Assembly (NCBI GenBank): GCA_945952045.1 | Contig: CAMFHE010000001.1 | Coordinates: 74,041-138,040, forward strand | Origin: an uncultured Rhizobium sp. | GTDB taxonomy: Bacteria; Pseudomonadota; Alphaproteobacteria; Rhizobiales; Rhizobiaceae | Length of the DNA stretch: 64,000 bases | Direction: 5' to 3' | Part shown: one piece after another, positions 29,533 through 39,414 of the stretch | Numbering within the stretch: the first letter of the stretch is position 1 | Layout of the letters: each line of letters begins with the position of its first letter | Position numbers and translations under genes: made by a program | The notes under the pieces: generated by a model | Told to the model about the DNA's origin: nothing | Database searches by the model: none | Seen by the model: only the letters and a program-made list of their open reading frames with translations

Positions 29533-29601
29533 CTAAAGCAATTCCCACGAAAGTGCGAAGCGGTTTTGCACCCGGACCGGCGCAAAAACAGAAAGTTAGA
29601 G
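29533..29601. repeat. Partial RIME/Bru-RS-like rhizobial intergenic repeat
   Basis: CTAAAGCAATTCC..AAAGTGCGAAGCGGTTTT..CGCAAAAACAGAAAGTTAGAG resembles one arm of the Rhizobiales palindromic element. Confidence 0.6.
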
Positions 29602-29620
29602 TTGAAAAACCCTGTCGGCG

Positions 29621-30433
29621 CTATGCCGTCGCGACGATCACATGAGCCTGAATTTTACCGGAGACCGGGCCGTTGCCATGCCGGGCCGCGAGCGCCGCCT
29701 CTGCATGGTCCGTCGCGGCGGCGAGTTTTCCGGCGTCCCGCGCCTCGATTTCGGTGCGAAGAACCGTTCCCTGACAGAAGGCGAGCGCCGGTATGCGGGG
29801 CGAGGGCGCACGGCTTTGATCGGCCTTCGTATCGATTTCCACGTCAGAGAAACCTGCGTCTGCGAGATCGCGGCGGATCAGGTCAGTGTCATGGTAGCCA
29901 TGCGGCGTGCGGGCGAGAAAGCGCGGCGGATCGTCCGGAAAGATCTGCGCCAGCGCATTGGTCACGTCATGAGCGAAGACATTTTCCTCGATGCGATCCC
30001 AAACGTTGAACAGAAACCGTCCCGTGGGTTTCAAAACGCGTTTCACTTCGCGATAGGCTGCCGTGCGGTCGGGAAAGAACATCGCTCCGAACTGGCAGAT
30101 GACGATATCGAAGCTCGCATCGTCGAATGGCAACGACATCGCGTCGGCCTGCCGCCACTCGATGCGGCTGTCTGGCGGTTGTCGCGAGGCGGCGTAATCA
30201 AGCATCGGCTGGTTGAGGTCGGTGATCACATAGCGGGCATCGGCGGGCAATTGCGGCGCCAGGGTGCGGGTGACGGCGCCCGTGCCGGCCGCGGTTTCCA
30301 GGACGGCGCGGGGTGAGAAAGACGCCGCGCGCCGCGCCAGATCAACAGCATAGGGTTCGAAAATCAATGGCACCATGTAGCGGTCGTAATTCTCCGGGAC
30401 CGAGCCCGCAAAAACCTTGTCGGCGTCCAGCAT
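29621..30433 (-). CDS. Class I SAM-dependent methyltransferase (UbiE/COQ5-like fold)
   Basis: LETAAGTG, TDLNQPML, ADAMSLPF, RVLKPTGR. Confidence 0.88.
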   Translation of the reverse strand: MLDADKVFAGSVPENYDRYMVPLIFEPYAVDLARRAASFSPRAVLETAAGTGAVTRTLAPQLPADARYVITDLNQPMLDYAASRQPPDSRIEWRQADAMSLPFDDASFDIVICQFGAMFFPDRTAAYREVKRVLKPTGRFLFNVWDRIEENVFAHDVTNALAQIFPDDPPRFLARTPHGYHDTDLIRRDLADAGFSDVEIDTKADQSRAPSPRIPALAFCQGTVLRTEIEARDAGKLAAATDHAEAALAARHGNGPVSGKIQAHVIVATA

Positions 30434-30514
30434 TGCGATCACCTTCCATCGGCGTGAGGATGCAGGAGAATACCACGGATCGTTGGCGACCGCCGACTTT
30501 TCCAGCGCTGGAGC

Positions 30515-31471
30515 ATGAGGATCATTGCCGATACGGCGTTTCACGAGGCCTGCGTTTACGTTAGGAATCGATCATCCGGATCGGGACAGGAATACTGGAA
30601 TGGATCAGCATTGACGACGTGGCTGCAAGGCATTCTCGAAGAGAGCCCGCTGAAGGCGGCGGGTTTCATCGTCACCATTTATGGCGACGTGGTCGAGCCG
30701 CGCGGCGGCGTCGTCTGGACCGGTAATCTCATCGAGACCTGCTCCGAGGTCGGGATCAGTGAAACGCTGGTGCGCACCGCCGTTTCGCGTCTTGTCGCCG
30801 CCGGTCAGCTTTCCGGAGAGCGGGAGGGGCGCCGCAGCTTCTATCGGCTCGCCGCGCCGGCGCGAGCGGATTTCGCCGCCGCCGCCCGGCTGCTGTTCGG
30901 TCCGCCCGAAACGGCGGAATGGCATTTCGTGCAGCTGACCGGCGATGCGCCGGAGGAGGCGATGCAGATGCTGGAGCGGGCAGGTCATGCCCGGCTCGGG
31001 CCGCGTCTGGCGGTCGGCGCCCGGGCGCTGCCGATGCTGAAACAGCCGGCCGTCGTCTTTCGGAGCGAGGTTGCGAGCGGCGAGGCAGAGCTCGGCGCTT
31101 TCGCCGCCGACCATTGGAACCTCGCGCGCCACGCCGAGGCCTATCTCCGATTTATCGCGCAATTCGACCGGCTGGCCGGAATGCTGGCGGGCGGCGCGCG
31201 GTTGAGCCCGGCAGATAGCCTTGTTGCCCGATTGCTGCTGGTGCATCATTTCCGTCTCGTCGTGCTGCGCGATCCGCGTTTGCCGCCGGCCGCCTTGCCG
31301 TCCAACTGGCCGGGAGAGGAAGCGCGCCGCCGTTTTGCCGATCTCTATCTGCGCCTGTCTCCCGAGGCGGATAGGCATGTCGCCCGTCATTTCGTGACGG
31401 CAGATGGGGGGCTGGCGGAGGTAAGCGACGCGACGTCGCGGCGGTTGGACCTGTTGCGGAGCGCGTCCTAG
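30515..31471 (+). CDS. paaX: Phenylacetate catabolism repressor PaaX (start codon uncertain)
   Basis: IVTIYGD, LVRTAVSRL, RLLLVH.FR..VLRDP.LP..LP..WPG. Confidence 0.88.
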   Translation: MRIIADTAFHEACVYVRNRSSGSGQEYWNGSALTTWLQGILEESPLKAAGFIVTIYGDVVEPRGGVVWTGNLIETCSEVGISETLVRTAVSRLVAAGQLSGEREGRRSFYRLAAPARADFAAAARLLFGPPETAEWHFVQLTGDAPEEAMQMLERAGHARLGPRLAVGARALPMLKQPAVVFRSEVASGEAELGAFAADHWNLARHAEAYLRFIAQFDRLAGMLAGGARLSPADSLVARLLLVHHFRLVVLRDPRLPPAALPSNWPGEEARRRFADLYLRLSPEADRHVARHFVTADGGLAEVSDATSRRLDLLRSAS

Positions 31472-31530
31472 CGCGGTTTTCACACGAAAAATGCTGCCTT
31501 TATGCTATGCTGGGTGCGGCCAACTCAAAG

Positions 31531-31569
31531 CGTCACAGAAAAATCAGAAATGGCGATTGATTTGTGACG
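31531..31569. promoter_or_regulatory. Putative PaaX operator
   Basis: CGTCACA-N25-TGTGACG inverted repeat upstream of the paa operon; long-spaced architecture like described PaaX sites. Confidence 0.45.
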
Positions 31570-31589
31570 TATCGAGTGCTAAATAAGTG

Positions 31590-31603
31590 ACCGATCGGTC
31601 GGT
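31590..31603. promoter_or_regulatory. PaaR (TetR) operator
   Basis: ACCGA-tcgg-TCGGT, a perfect match to the PaaR consensus ACCGA-N4-TCGGT. Confidence 0.75.
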
Positions 31604-31651
31604 TAATTCTCATGTCAGGATACCGATCTTCGGTGCCAGGGAGGAAGCCGC

Positions 31652-32857
31652 GTGTCCGAAGCCTTTATCTGCGATGCCGTTCGTACACCGATTGGCCGTT
31701 ATGGCGGGCTGTTGTCGTCGGTGCGCGCCGATGATCTGGCCGCCGTGCCGCTTTCCGGGCTGATGACGCGAAACCCTGGCGTTGATTGGTCAAAGGTGGA
31801 CGATCTCATCTATGGCTGCGCCAATCAGGCGGGCGAGGACAACCGTAATGTCGGCCGCATGGCCGTCCTGCTCTCTGGCCTTCCCGTTTCCATTCCTGCA
31901 ACCACCGTCAACCGCCTCTGCGGCTCCGGCATGGATGCCGTCGGCATGGCCGCCCGCGCCATCCGCGCCGGCGACTGCGATTTCGTCATCGCCGGCGGGG
32001 TCGAGAGCATGAGCCGCGCGCCCTTCGTCATGCCCAAGGCCGAAAGTGCCTTTTCCCGTTCGAATGCGGTCTACGATACGACCATTGGCTGGCGCTTCGT
32101 CAACCCGAAGATGAAAAAAGCCTTCGGCGTCGATTCCATGCCGCAGACGGCCGACAATGTCGCCGCAGATTTTGCCGTCAGCCGCGAGGACCAGGACGCC
32201 TTTGCCGCCCGCAGCCAGGCCCGCTGGGCCGCCGCGCACGAGGCCGGGTTTTTCGCCGATGAGATCGTGCCGGTGCATGTGCCGCAGAAGAAGGGCGATC
32301 CGCTGGTTGTCGATACCGACGAGCATCCCCGTCCCGGCACGACAGCCGAACAGCTTGCAAAGCTGAAGGGCGTCAACGGACCAGACCTCTCGGTGACCGC
32401 CGGCAACGCCTCTGGTGTCAATGACGGCGCGGCCGCGTTGCTCATCGCCAATGAGGCGACCGCCAAGGCGCAAGGCTTGACGCCGAAGGCGCGCATCGTC
32501 GCCATGGCGGCGGCGGGGCTTGAGCCACGCATCATGGGTTTCGGTCCGGCACCAGCGACGCGCCGGGTGCTGGAGCGCGCCGGCCTCACGCTCGGCCAGA
32601 TGGACGTCATCGAACTCAACGAGGCCTTTGCCTCGCAGGCGCTCGCCGTTCTGCGCGATCTCGGCCTGCCGGATGATGCGCCGCATGTGAACCCGAACGG
32701 CGGCGCCATCGCGCTTGGCCATCCACTCGGCATGAGCGGCGCGCGGCTTGTCACGACGGCCGCCTATCAGCTCCACCGCCAAGGCGGGCGTTATGCACTG
32801 TGTACCATGTGCATCGGCGTCGGCCAGGGCATCGCCATCATTCTCGAACGCGTCTGA
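31652..32857 (+). CDS. paaJ: 3-oxoadipyl-CoA thiolase
   Basis: GEDNRNVGRM, NRLCGSG, NEAFASQ, GHPLGMSG, MCIGVGQG (PaaJ/PcaF). Confidence 0.92.
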   Translation: MSEAFICDAVRTPIGRYGGLLSSVRADDLAAVPLSGLMTRNPGVDWSKVDDLIYGCANQAGEDNRNVGRMAVLLSGLPVSIPATTVNRLCGSGMDAVGMAARAIRAGDCDFVIAGGVESMSRAPFVMPKAESAFSRSNAVYDTTIGWRFVNPKMKKAFGVDSMPQTADNVAADFAVSREDQDAFAARSQARWAAAHEAGFFADEIVPVHVPQKKGDPLVVDTDEHPRPGTTAEQLAKLKGVNGPDLSVTAGNASGVNDGAAALLIANEATAKAQGLTPKARIVAMAAAGLEPRIMGFGPAPATRRVLERAGLTLGQMDVIELNEAFASQALAVLRDLGLPDDAPHVNPNGGAIALGHPLGMSGARLVTTAAYQLHRQGGRYALCTMCIGVGQGIAIILERV

Positions 32858-32881
32858 CGCGGAAAGCCAAGGGGAAAGACC

Positions 32882-33886
32882 ATGTACGCACAGATGGTAA
32901 AGACTGACGCCGCCCGCGTCCGGTCCCTCGACGAGATGGACCCCGTGGAGCGCGCCTTTCAGGAGCGGATCGACGCCGGCCAGAAGATCGAGCCGAAGGA
33001 ATGGATGCCGGAAGGCTACCGCAAGACGCTGATCCGCCAGATCAGCCAGCACGCCCATTCGGAAATCGTCGGCCAGCTGCCGGAAGGCAACTGGATCACC
33101 CGTGCCCCGACTTTGGAGCGCAAGGCGATCCTGCTCGCCAAGGTGCAGGACGAGGCGGGCCACGGCCTCTATCTCTACTGCGCCGCCGAAACGCTCGGCA
33201 TCAGCCGCGACGAGATGTATGAGCAGCTCCATTCCGGCAAGGCGAAGTATTCCTCGATCTTCAACTATCCGACGCTGACCTGGGCCGATATTGGCGCAAT
33301 CGGCTGGCTGGTCGATGGCGCCGCCATAATGAACCAAGTGCCGCTGCAGCGCTGTTCCTACGGCCCCTATGCGCGGGCCATGGTGCGAATTTGCAAAGAA
33401 GAGAGCTTTCACCAGCGCCAGGGTTACGACGTGCTGATGAAGATGGTGAAGGGCACGCCGGCCCAGAAGGCCATGGTGCAGGATGCGCTGAACCGCTGGT
33501 GGTGGCCGTCGCTGATGATGTTCGGCCCCTCGGACGACGCCTCCGTGCATTCGGCCCAGTCGATGGCCTGGAAGATCAAGCAGAACTCCAACGACGAGCT
33601 GCGCCAGAAATTCGTCGACCAGACGGTGCCGCAGGCAAAATATCTCGGCCTCACCGTGCCGGACCCGGACCTCAAGTGGAACGAGGAAAAGGGCGGCCAC
33701 GATTTCGGCGAGCCGGACTGGGAAGAATTCTTCAACGTGATCGCCGGCAACGGCCCCTGCAATGCGGAGCGCCTCGACGCCCGCAAGAAGGCCTGGAATG
33801 ACGGCGCCTGGTTCCGCGACGGCCTGACGGCTCATGCCGAAAAGGCGGCCGACCGCCGCGCCGCCGCCAAGATCGCCGCTGAGTAA
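32882..33886 (+). CDS. paaA: Phenylacetyl-CoA epoxidase catalytic subunit
   Basis: [32 protein letters not shown]. Confidence 0.97.
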   Translation: MYAQMVKTDAARVRSLDEMDPVERAFQERIDAGQKIEPKEWMPEGYRKTLIRQISQHAHSEIVGQLPEGNWITRAPTLERKAILLAKVQDEAGHGLYLYCAAETLGISRDEMYEQLHSGKAKYSSIFNYPTLTWADIGAIGWLVDGAAIMNQVPLQRCSYGPYARAMVRICKEESFHQRQGYDVLMKMVKGTPAQKAMVQDALNRWWWPSLMMFGPSDDASVHSAQSMAWKIKQNSNDELRQKFVDQTVPQAKYLGLTVPDPDLKWNEEKGGHDFGEPDWEEFFNVIAGNGPCNAERLDARKKAWNDGAWFRDGLTAHAEKAADRRAAAKIAAE

Positions 33887-33899
33887 GGGAGAGAGCACG

Positions 33900-34184
33900 A
33901 TGTCCAGCGAATGGCCGCTTTGGGAAGTTTTCATCCGGGGCCAGCACGGCCTCAACCATCGCCATGTCGGCAGCCTGCATGCGCCCGACGCCGAAATGGC
34001 GATCAACAACGCCCGCGACGTCTATACGCGCCGCAACGAGGGCGTCAGCATCTGGGTGGTGAAATCCTCCGAGATCACCGCCAGCGCGCCCTCGGAAAAG
34101 GGCCCGCTGTTCGATCCGTCGAACTCCAAGGTCTATCGTCACCCGACCTTCTTCGACATTCCGGACGAAGTGGGGCACATGTGA
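33900..34184 (+). CDS. paaB: Phenylacetyl-CoA epoxidase subunit B
   Basis: WPLWEVFIR..GL.H.HVGSLHA.D, RDVYTRRNEGVSIWVV. Confidence 0.97.
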   Translation: MSSEWPLWEVFIRGQHGLNHRHVGSLHAPDAEMAINNARDVYTRRNEGVSIWVVKSSEITASAPSEKGPLFDPSNSKVYRHPTFFDIPDEVGHM

Positions 34185-34939
34185 TGGCAAGCGCGGCGCT
34201 TCTCGAATTCCTGCTGCGCATCGGCGACAACACGCTGATCCTCGGCCATCGCGTTTCCGAATGGTGCGGTCATTCGCCCGCGCTGGAGGAGGATATCGCG
34301 CTCGCCAACACCGCTCTCGACCTGATCGGCCAGACGCAACTCTGGCTCGGCCTTGCCGGCGAGGTGGAGGGCAAGGGCCGCTCGGCCGACGACCTCGCCT
34401 ATCTCCGCGACGGCTACGACTTTCGCAACATCCTGCTCGTCGAGCGCCCGAACGGCGATTTCGGCAAGACGCTGATGCGGCAGTTCCTGTTCGACGCCTG
34501 GCATTATCTGCTCCTGAAGGCGCTGAAGGGGTCTTCCGACACCCGTATCGCCGAGATCGCGGAAAAGGCGTTCAAGGAAGTCTCCTACCATCTCGACCGC
34601 AGCCGCGACCTCGTCATCCGCCTCGGCGACGGCACGGCGGAAAGCCACCGCCGCATGCAGGAGGCGCTGGATGAACTCTGGCCCTTCACCGGCGAGATGT
34701 TCATGAGCGATGCGCTGGATGCGGAACTGGTCGAAGCCGGCATCACCCCGGCCCCCGCAAGCCTCAAGGCCGGCTGGGACGAGATCGTCGCCGAGACGCT
34801 CTCCGAAGGCACGCTGAAGAAGCCGGCCGACGGCTACATGCACAAGGGCGGCCGGCGCGGCGTTCATACCGAGCATCTCGGCTTCATCCTCACCGAGATG
34901 CAGTTCCTGCAGCGCGCCTATCCGGGCGCGACCTGGTAG
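34184..34939 (+). CDS. paaC: Phenylacetyl-CoA epoxidase subunit C
   Basis: LILGHRVSEWCGHSPALEEDIA, KEVSYH, QRAYPGATW. Confidence 0.96.
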   Translation: MASAALLEFLLRIGDNTLILGHRVSEWCGHSPALEEDIALANTALDLIGQTQLWLGLAGEVEGKGRSADDLAYLRDGYDFRNILLVERPNGDFGKTLMRQFLFDAWHYLLLKALKGSSDTRIAEIAEKAFKEVSYHLDRSRDLVIRLGDGTAESHRRMQEALDELWPFTGEMFMSDALDAELVEAGITPAPASLKAGWDEIVAETLSEGTLKKPADGYMHKGGRRGVHTEHLGFILTEMQFLQRAYPGATW

Positions 34940-34948
34940 GAGGCGGCG

Positions 34949-35473
34949 ATGGACCCGGCGCTTCGTCCCTCGGTCAAGGAGGTCTGGCACTGGTTATCCG
35001 AAGTGCCGGACCCGGAAATCCCGGTTATTTCGCTGACGGACCTCGGCATCATCCGCGATGTCGAGTGGCGGGAGGATACGCTGGTGGTGACGGTGACGCC
35101 GACCTATTCGGGCTGTCCCGCCACGACGATCATCAATCTCGATATCGAGACGGCGCTCACCGGAAAGGGCCTCGACAAGGTGAAGCTGGAGCGCCGTCTC
35201 TCGCCCGCCTGGACGACGGACTGGATTAGCGCCGAGGGCCGCGAAAAACTGCGCGACTACGGCATCGCCCCGCCGATCGACGGCACGGCCGCCGATGGCA
35301 TCTTGATGAAACGCATCGACCGTCTCTCCGGCCGCTCCAATTTGACCATCGCCTGTCCGCGCTGCGGCTCGGCGAATACGGAAAAGATCAGCCAGTTCGG
35401 CTCGACGCCCTGCAAGGCGAGTTATCGCTGCACCGACTGCCTGGAACCGTTCGACTATTTCAAGTGCATCTGA
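34949..35473 (+). CDS. paaD: Phenylacetyl-CoA epoxidase subunit D
   Basis: DPEIPVIS, TPTYSGCPA, CPRCGS, FGSTPCKA..C..C.EPFDYFKCI. Confidence 0.96.
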   Translation: MDPALRPSVKEVWHWLSEVPDPEIPVISLTDLGIIRDVEWREDTLVVTVTPTYSGCPATTIINLDIETALTGKGLDKVKLERRLSPAWTTDWISAEGREKLRDYGIAPPIDGTAADGILMKRIDRLSGRSNLTIACPRCGSANTEKISQFGSTPCKASYRCTDCLEPFDYFKCI

Positions 35474-35496
35474 CCCCATAGAAAGAGGGCCCGCGC

Positions 35497-36573
35497 ATGG
35501 CACGTTTTCACCCCCTGACCGTCACCGACGTTCGCCGCGAGACGCGCGATGCGGTCGTGGTCACGCTTGCGCCCTCCGACGAGGACCGCGCTGCCTTCGA
35601 TTTCACCCAAGGCCAGTACCTGACCTTTCGCCGCAAATTCGAGGACGAGGAGCTGCGCCGCTCCTATTCGATCTGCGCCGGCAAGGACGAGGGCGTGCTG
35701 AAAGTCGGCATCAAGCGCGTCGACGGCGGCTGCTTCTCCACATGGGTCAACGAAAGCCTGAAACCCGGCGATACGCTGGAGGCCATGCCGCCGATGGGCG
35801 CCTTCTTCACGGCGCTGGAGCCGGAGGTGTCAAAACACTATCTCGGCTTTGCCGGCGGCAGCGGCATCACGCCGGTTCTCTCGATCATCAAGACGGTGCT
35901 GTCACGCGAGCCGCGCGCCCGCTTCACGCTTGTTTACGCCAATCGCCAGATCAGCTCGATCATGTTCCGCGAGGAGCTGGAGGACCTCAAGAACCTCTAT
36001 CTCGGCCGCTTCTCCGTGCTGCACATCCTCGAAAGCGAGGCGCAGGACATCGATCTCTTCACCGGCCGCATCGACGGCGAGAAATGCGCGGCGCTGTTCA
36101 AGAGCTGGATCGACATCAAGTCGATCGCCACCGCCTTCATCTGCGGCCCGGAGCCGATGATGCTGGCCATCGCCGCCGCCCTTCGTGAACACGGCCTGCG
36201 CGACGAGCAGATCAAGTTCGAACTCTTCGCCTCCTCGCAGCCCGGCCGTGCGCGCCGGAAGGTCGAGCAGGCCAGTGGCGCCGATCATGCCGGTACATGC
36301 GAGGCGACCGTGACGCTTGACGGCGCGGCGCGCACCTTCAAGTTTCCCAAGCAGGGTCAGAGCCTGCTCGAGGCAGCGCTCGAAAATGCGATGGACGCCC
36401 CCTATGCATGCAAGGCGGGTGTCTGCTCCACCTGCCGCGCCAAGGTGCTCGAAGGTGAAGTCGAGATGGAAACCAACCATGCGCTCGAGGATTACGAGGT
36501 GCGCCAGGGTTATGTGCTGACCTGCCAGTGCTACCCGCTCACCGACCGTATCGTCGTCAGCTACGACCAGTAG
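35497..36573 (+). CDS. paaE: Phenylacetyl-CoA epoxidase reductase
   Basis: RRSYSIC FAD motif, GGSGITP, CGPEPM, C-terminal 2Fe-2S CKAGVCSTC. Confidence 0.96.
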   Translation: MARFHPLTVTDVRRETRDAVVVTLAPSDEDRAAFDFTQGQYLTFRRKFEDEELRRSYSICAGKDEGVLKVGIKRVDGGCFSTWVNESLKPGDTLEAMPPMGAFFTALEPEVSKHYLGFAGGSGITPVLSIIKTVLSREPRARFTLVYANRQISSIMFREELEDLKNLYLGRFSVLHILESEAQDIDLFTGRIDGEKCAALFKSWIDIKSIATAFICGPEPMMLAIAAALREHGLRDEQIKFELFASSQPGRARRKVEQASGADHAGTCEATVTLDGAARTFKFPKQGQSLLEAALENAMDAPYACKAGVCSTCRAKVLEGEVEMETNHALEDYEVRQGYVLTCQCYPLTDRIVVSYDQ

Positions 36574-36584
36574 GAGAAGGCGTC

Positions 36585-37340
36585 ATGTCCGATACGATGC
36601 CGATCGAGGATTATCTGGCGCAGGGCGGTGTCCTGACCTCGCCCGCCAACGTGCCGCCGCGCTATCGTGGCGAGTTGCTGCGGCTGATGGCGAGTTTCGT
36701 CGATAGCGAATTAGCCGGTTCCGCCGGTTTCGCCGATACGATCAACGATGCGCCGGGCATTCAGGAGCGTATTTCCGCTGCCCGCATCGTGCTGGAAAAA
36801 GCCGATCATGCCGGCAAGATTCTGAAAATCATGGAAACCTTCGGTGCCGATGGCGGCCGCTATGCCGTGCATCACCCCTGGGCGGAACGGCTCGCGCGCG
36901 ACGCCGATATCGGTGCTGTCAGGCGGGAGGGCGATATGCGCCTCTCCGTCTTCCATTATCCGCTGCAGGGCTGGGTTGATGCCGTCGTCATGAACGTGCT
37001 GATGGGCCGCGCCAGCGTCTTGCAGCTGAAGGAGCTGTCGCGCGTCTCCTACCAGCCGCTTGCAGAAACTTTTCGAACCATCCTGCCACGCGAGACGCGT
37101 CATGCCGAGCTCGGTCTCGCCGGCCTTGTCCGCATCATCGATGATACGGACGGCCGGGCAAAGGCCAATGCGGCGGTTGCCTATTGGTATCCGCGCGTTG
37201 CCGCAAGCTTCGGCCACTCCGGGTCGGCCCGCTTCGAAACCCTGTCGCGCTTCGGCCTGCGACACACTCCCAACGAGACGCTGCTTGCCGAATGGCGGGC
37301 GGATGTGGATGTGCAGCTTTCTGCACTGAACCTGAACTGA
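36585..37340 (+). CDS. Additional PaaA/PaaC-family ferritin-like protein
   Basis: DSELAG, EKADHAG, SYQPLA, RETRHAELG; helical pattern parallel to PaaA. Confidence 0.75.
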   Translation: MSDTMPIEDYLAQGGVLTSPANVPPRYRGELLRLMASFVDSELAGSAGFADTINDAPGIQERISAARIVLEKADHAGKILKIMETFGADGGRYAVHHPWAERLARDADIGAVRREGDMRLSVFHYPLQGWVDAVVMNVLMGRASVLQLKELSRVSYQPLAETFRTILPRETRHAELGLAGLVRIIDDTDGRAKANAAVAYWYPRVAASFGHSGSARFETLSRFGLRHTPNETLLAEWRADVDVQLSALNLN

Positions 37341-37352
37341 AAGGACGAGGCG

Positions 37353-39410
37353 ATGAACGTCATGGCAAACCGGCCGCGCCGGCTTGAAAGCTATGTTGGC
37401 GGCCAGTGGGTTGCGGGTGCGAAAGAAGGTGTGCCGCTGCTCGACGCCTCCACGGGCGCACCGGTCGCCTTCATCGATTCCTCCGGCATCGATTTCAAGG
37501 CGATCCTCGCCCACGGCCGCGACAAGGGCGGCCCTGCGCTGCGCCGCATGTCCTTCCATGAGCGCGCCGCCATGCTGAAGGCGCTTGGCCAGGCGCTGAT
37601 GGAGCGCAAGGAGGAGTTTTACGCGCTCTCAACCGCCACGGGCGCCACCCGCGCCGATAGCTGGGTCGATATCGAGGGCGGCATCGGCACGCTGCTCTCC
37701 TATGCCTCCAAGGGCCGGCGCGAATTGCCGAACACCCGCGTGCTGCTTGATGGCGACGTGGAGCCGCTCTCCAAGGACAACACCTTCGCCGCGCAGCATA
37801 TCCTGACCCCGTTGCAGGGCGTCGCGGTGCACATCAACGCCTTCAACTTCCCCTGCTGGGGCATGCTGGAAAAGCTGGCGCCGACGCTTCTGGCCGGCGT
37901 TCCCGCCATCGTCAAGCCGGCGAGCCAGACGGCCTATCTCACCGAACTGATGGTCCGTCGCATTATCGAGACCGGCATTTTGCCGGAAGGTGCCTTGCAA
38001 CTCGTCTGCGGCTCGGTCGGTGACCTGCTCGATCATGTCGAAGGGCAGGATGCCGTCACCTTCACCGGCTCGGCCGCCACCGGCGAGCGCCTCAAGACCC
38101 ACAAGGCGATTATCGAAAACTCGGTGCGCTTCACCATGGAGGCTGACAGTCTTAACGCCGCCGTGCTCGGCCTGGATGCAGCACCCGGCACCGAGGAATT
38201 CGACCTCTTCGTCAAGGAAGTCGCCCGCGAGATGACGGTGAAAGCCGGCCAGAAATGCACGGCCATCCGCCGCGTCATCGCTCCGCGCGCCTATAGCGAG
38301 GCCCTCATCGAAAGCCTTGGCGCGCGTCTTGCCAAGACGGCAGTCGGCAACCCCACCGACGAGGCCGTGCGCATGGGCCCGCTCGCCAGCCTCGACCAGC
38401 GCGAGGAGGTTCGCGCCCGTATCCGCGATCTCTCGGCCGACGCCGAAATCGTCGCCGGCGATCCTGACAATCCGAGCGTCCAGTCCGGCGACGCCGTAGC
38501 CGGCGCCTTCCTCAATCCGGTGCTGCTCTATTGCGACAAGCCGGGCTCGGCCCGCGCCATCCACGACGTCGAAGCCTTCGGCCCGGTCAGCACCGTCATG
38601 CCCTATGACACGGCGGAAGACGCAGTCGATCTTGCCCGGCGTGGCAAGGGCAGCCTTGTCGCCTCGGTTTTCACCAACGATCCGGCCTTCGCCGAAGAGG
38701 TGGTGCTGGGCCTTGCGCCCTTCCATGGTCGCGTGATGATCGGCAACCGCGTCAGCGCCAAGACGTCCACCGGTCACGGTTCGCCGCTGCCGGGCCTCGT
38801 CCATGGCGGCCCCGGCCGCGCCGGCGGCGGCGAGGAACTGGGCGGCATGCGCGGGGTCAAGCACTACATGCAGCGCACCGCCATCCAAGGCGCGCCGACC
38901 ATGCTCTCCGCCGTCACCGACCGCTGGCTGCCGGGTGCGGAAGCACGGGCGGGCGGCGAGCATCCGTTCCGCAAATCGCTGGCGGAACTCAGGATCGGCG
39001 ACCAGCTCATCACCGCGACGCGCACAGTGACGCTCGACGATATCGAGCATTTCGCCCATTTCACCGGCGATACGTTCTACGCCCATATGGACGAGGAAGC
39101 CGCCAAGGCGAACCCGTTCTTCGAAGGCCGCGTGGCGCATGGCTACCTCATCGTCTCCTTCGCCGCCGGCTTGTTCGTCGATCCCGCACCCGGTCCGGTG
39201 CTGGCCAATTACGGCGTCGACAATCTTCGCTTCCTGACACCGGTCAATCCGGGTGATACGTTGCAGGTGCAGCTCACCTGCAAGGAGATCAACCCGCGCG
39301 CCAATGCCGAACACGGCGAGGTGCGCTGGGATTGCAAGGTGACCAATCAAACCGGCGCCACCGTCGCGCAATACGACGTCCTGACGATGGTGGCCAAAAC
39401 GAGAGAGTGA
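37353..39410 (+). CDS. paaZ: Bifunctional oxepin-CoA hydrolase/aldehyde dehydrogenase
   Basis: INAFNFPCWGMLEK, EADSLN, GQKCTAIRR, MaoC domain GDTFYAHMD. Confidence 0.96.
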   Translation: MNVMANRPRRLESYVGGQWVAGAKEGVPLLDASTGAPVAFIDSSGIDFKAILAHGRDKGGPALRRMSFHERAAMLKALGQALMERKEEFYALSTATGATRADSWVDIEGGIGTLLSYASKGRRELPNTRVLLDGDVEPLSKDNTFAAQHILTPLQGVAVHINAFNFPCWGMLEKLAPTLLAGVPAIVKPASQTAYLTELMVRRIIETGILPEGALQLVCGSVGDLLDHVEGQDAVTFTGSAATGERLKTHKAIIENSVRFTMEADSLNAAVLGLDAAPGTEEFDLFVKEVAREMTVKAGQKCTAIRRVIAPRAYSEALIESLGARLAKTAVGNPTDEAVRMGPLASLDQREEVRARIRDLSADAEIVAGDPDNPSVQSGDAVAGAFLNPVLLYCDKPGSARAIHDVEAFGPVSTVMPYDTAEDAVDLARRGKGSLVASVFTNDPAFAEEVVLGLAPFHGRVMIGNRVSAKTSTGHGSPLPGLVHGGPGRAGGGEELGGMRGVKHYMQRTAIQGAPTMLSAVTDRWLPGAEARAGGEHPFRKSLAELRIGDQLITATRTVTLDDIEHFAHFTGDTFYAHMDEEAAKANPFFEGRVAHGYLIVSFAAGLFVDPAPGPVLANYGVDNLRFLTPVNPGDTLQVQLTCKEINPRANAEHGEVRWDCKVTNQTGATVAQYDVLTMVAKTRE

Positions 39411-39414
39411 CCGA

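Noticed and set aside
29621-30433. Methyltransferase upstream of bioR as BioC
   Set aside because: No BioC-specific features recognised, no BIOR box upstream and no other biotin synthesis genes.
37353-39410. paaZ as a tropone/tropodithietic acid biosynthesis variant
   Set aside because: ALDH catalytic Glu (EADS) and Cys (GQKC) are intact and there are no tda-like genes.
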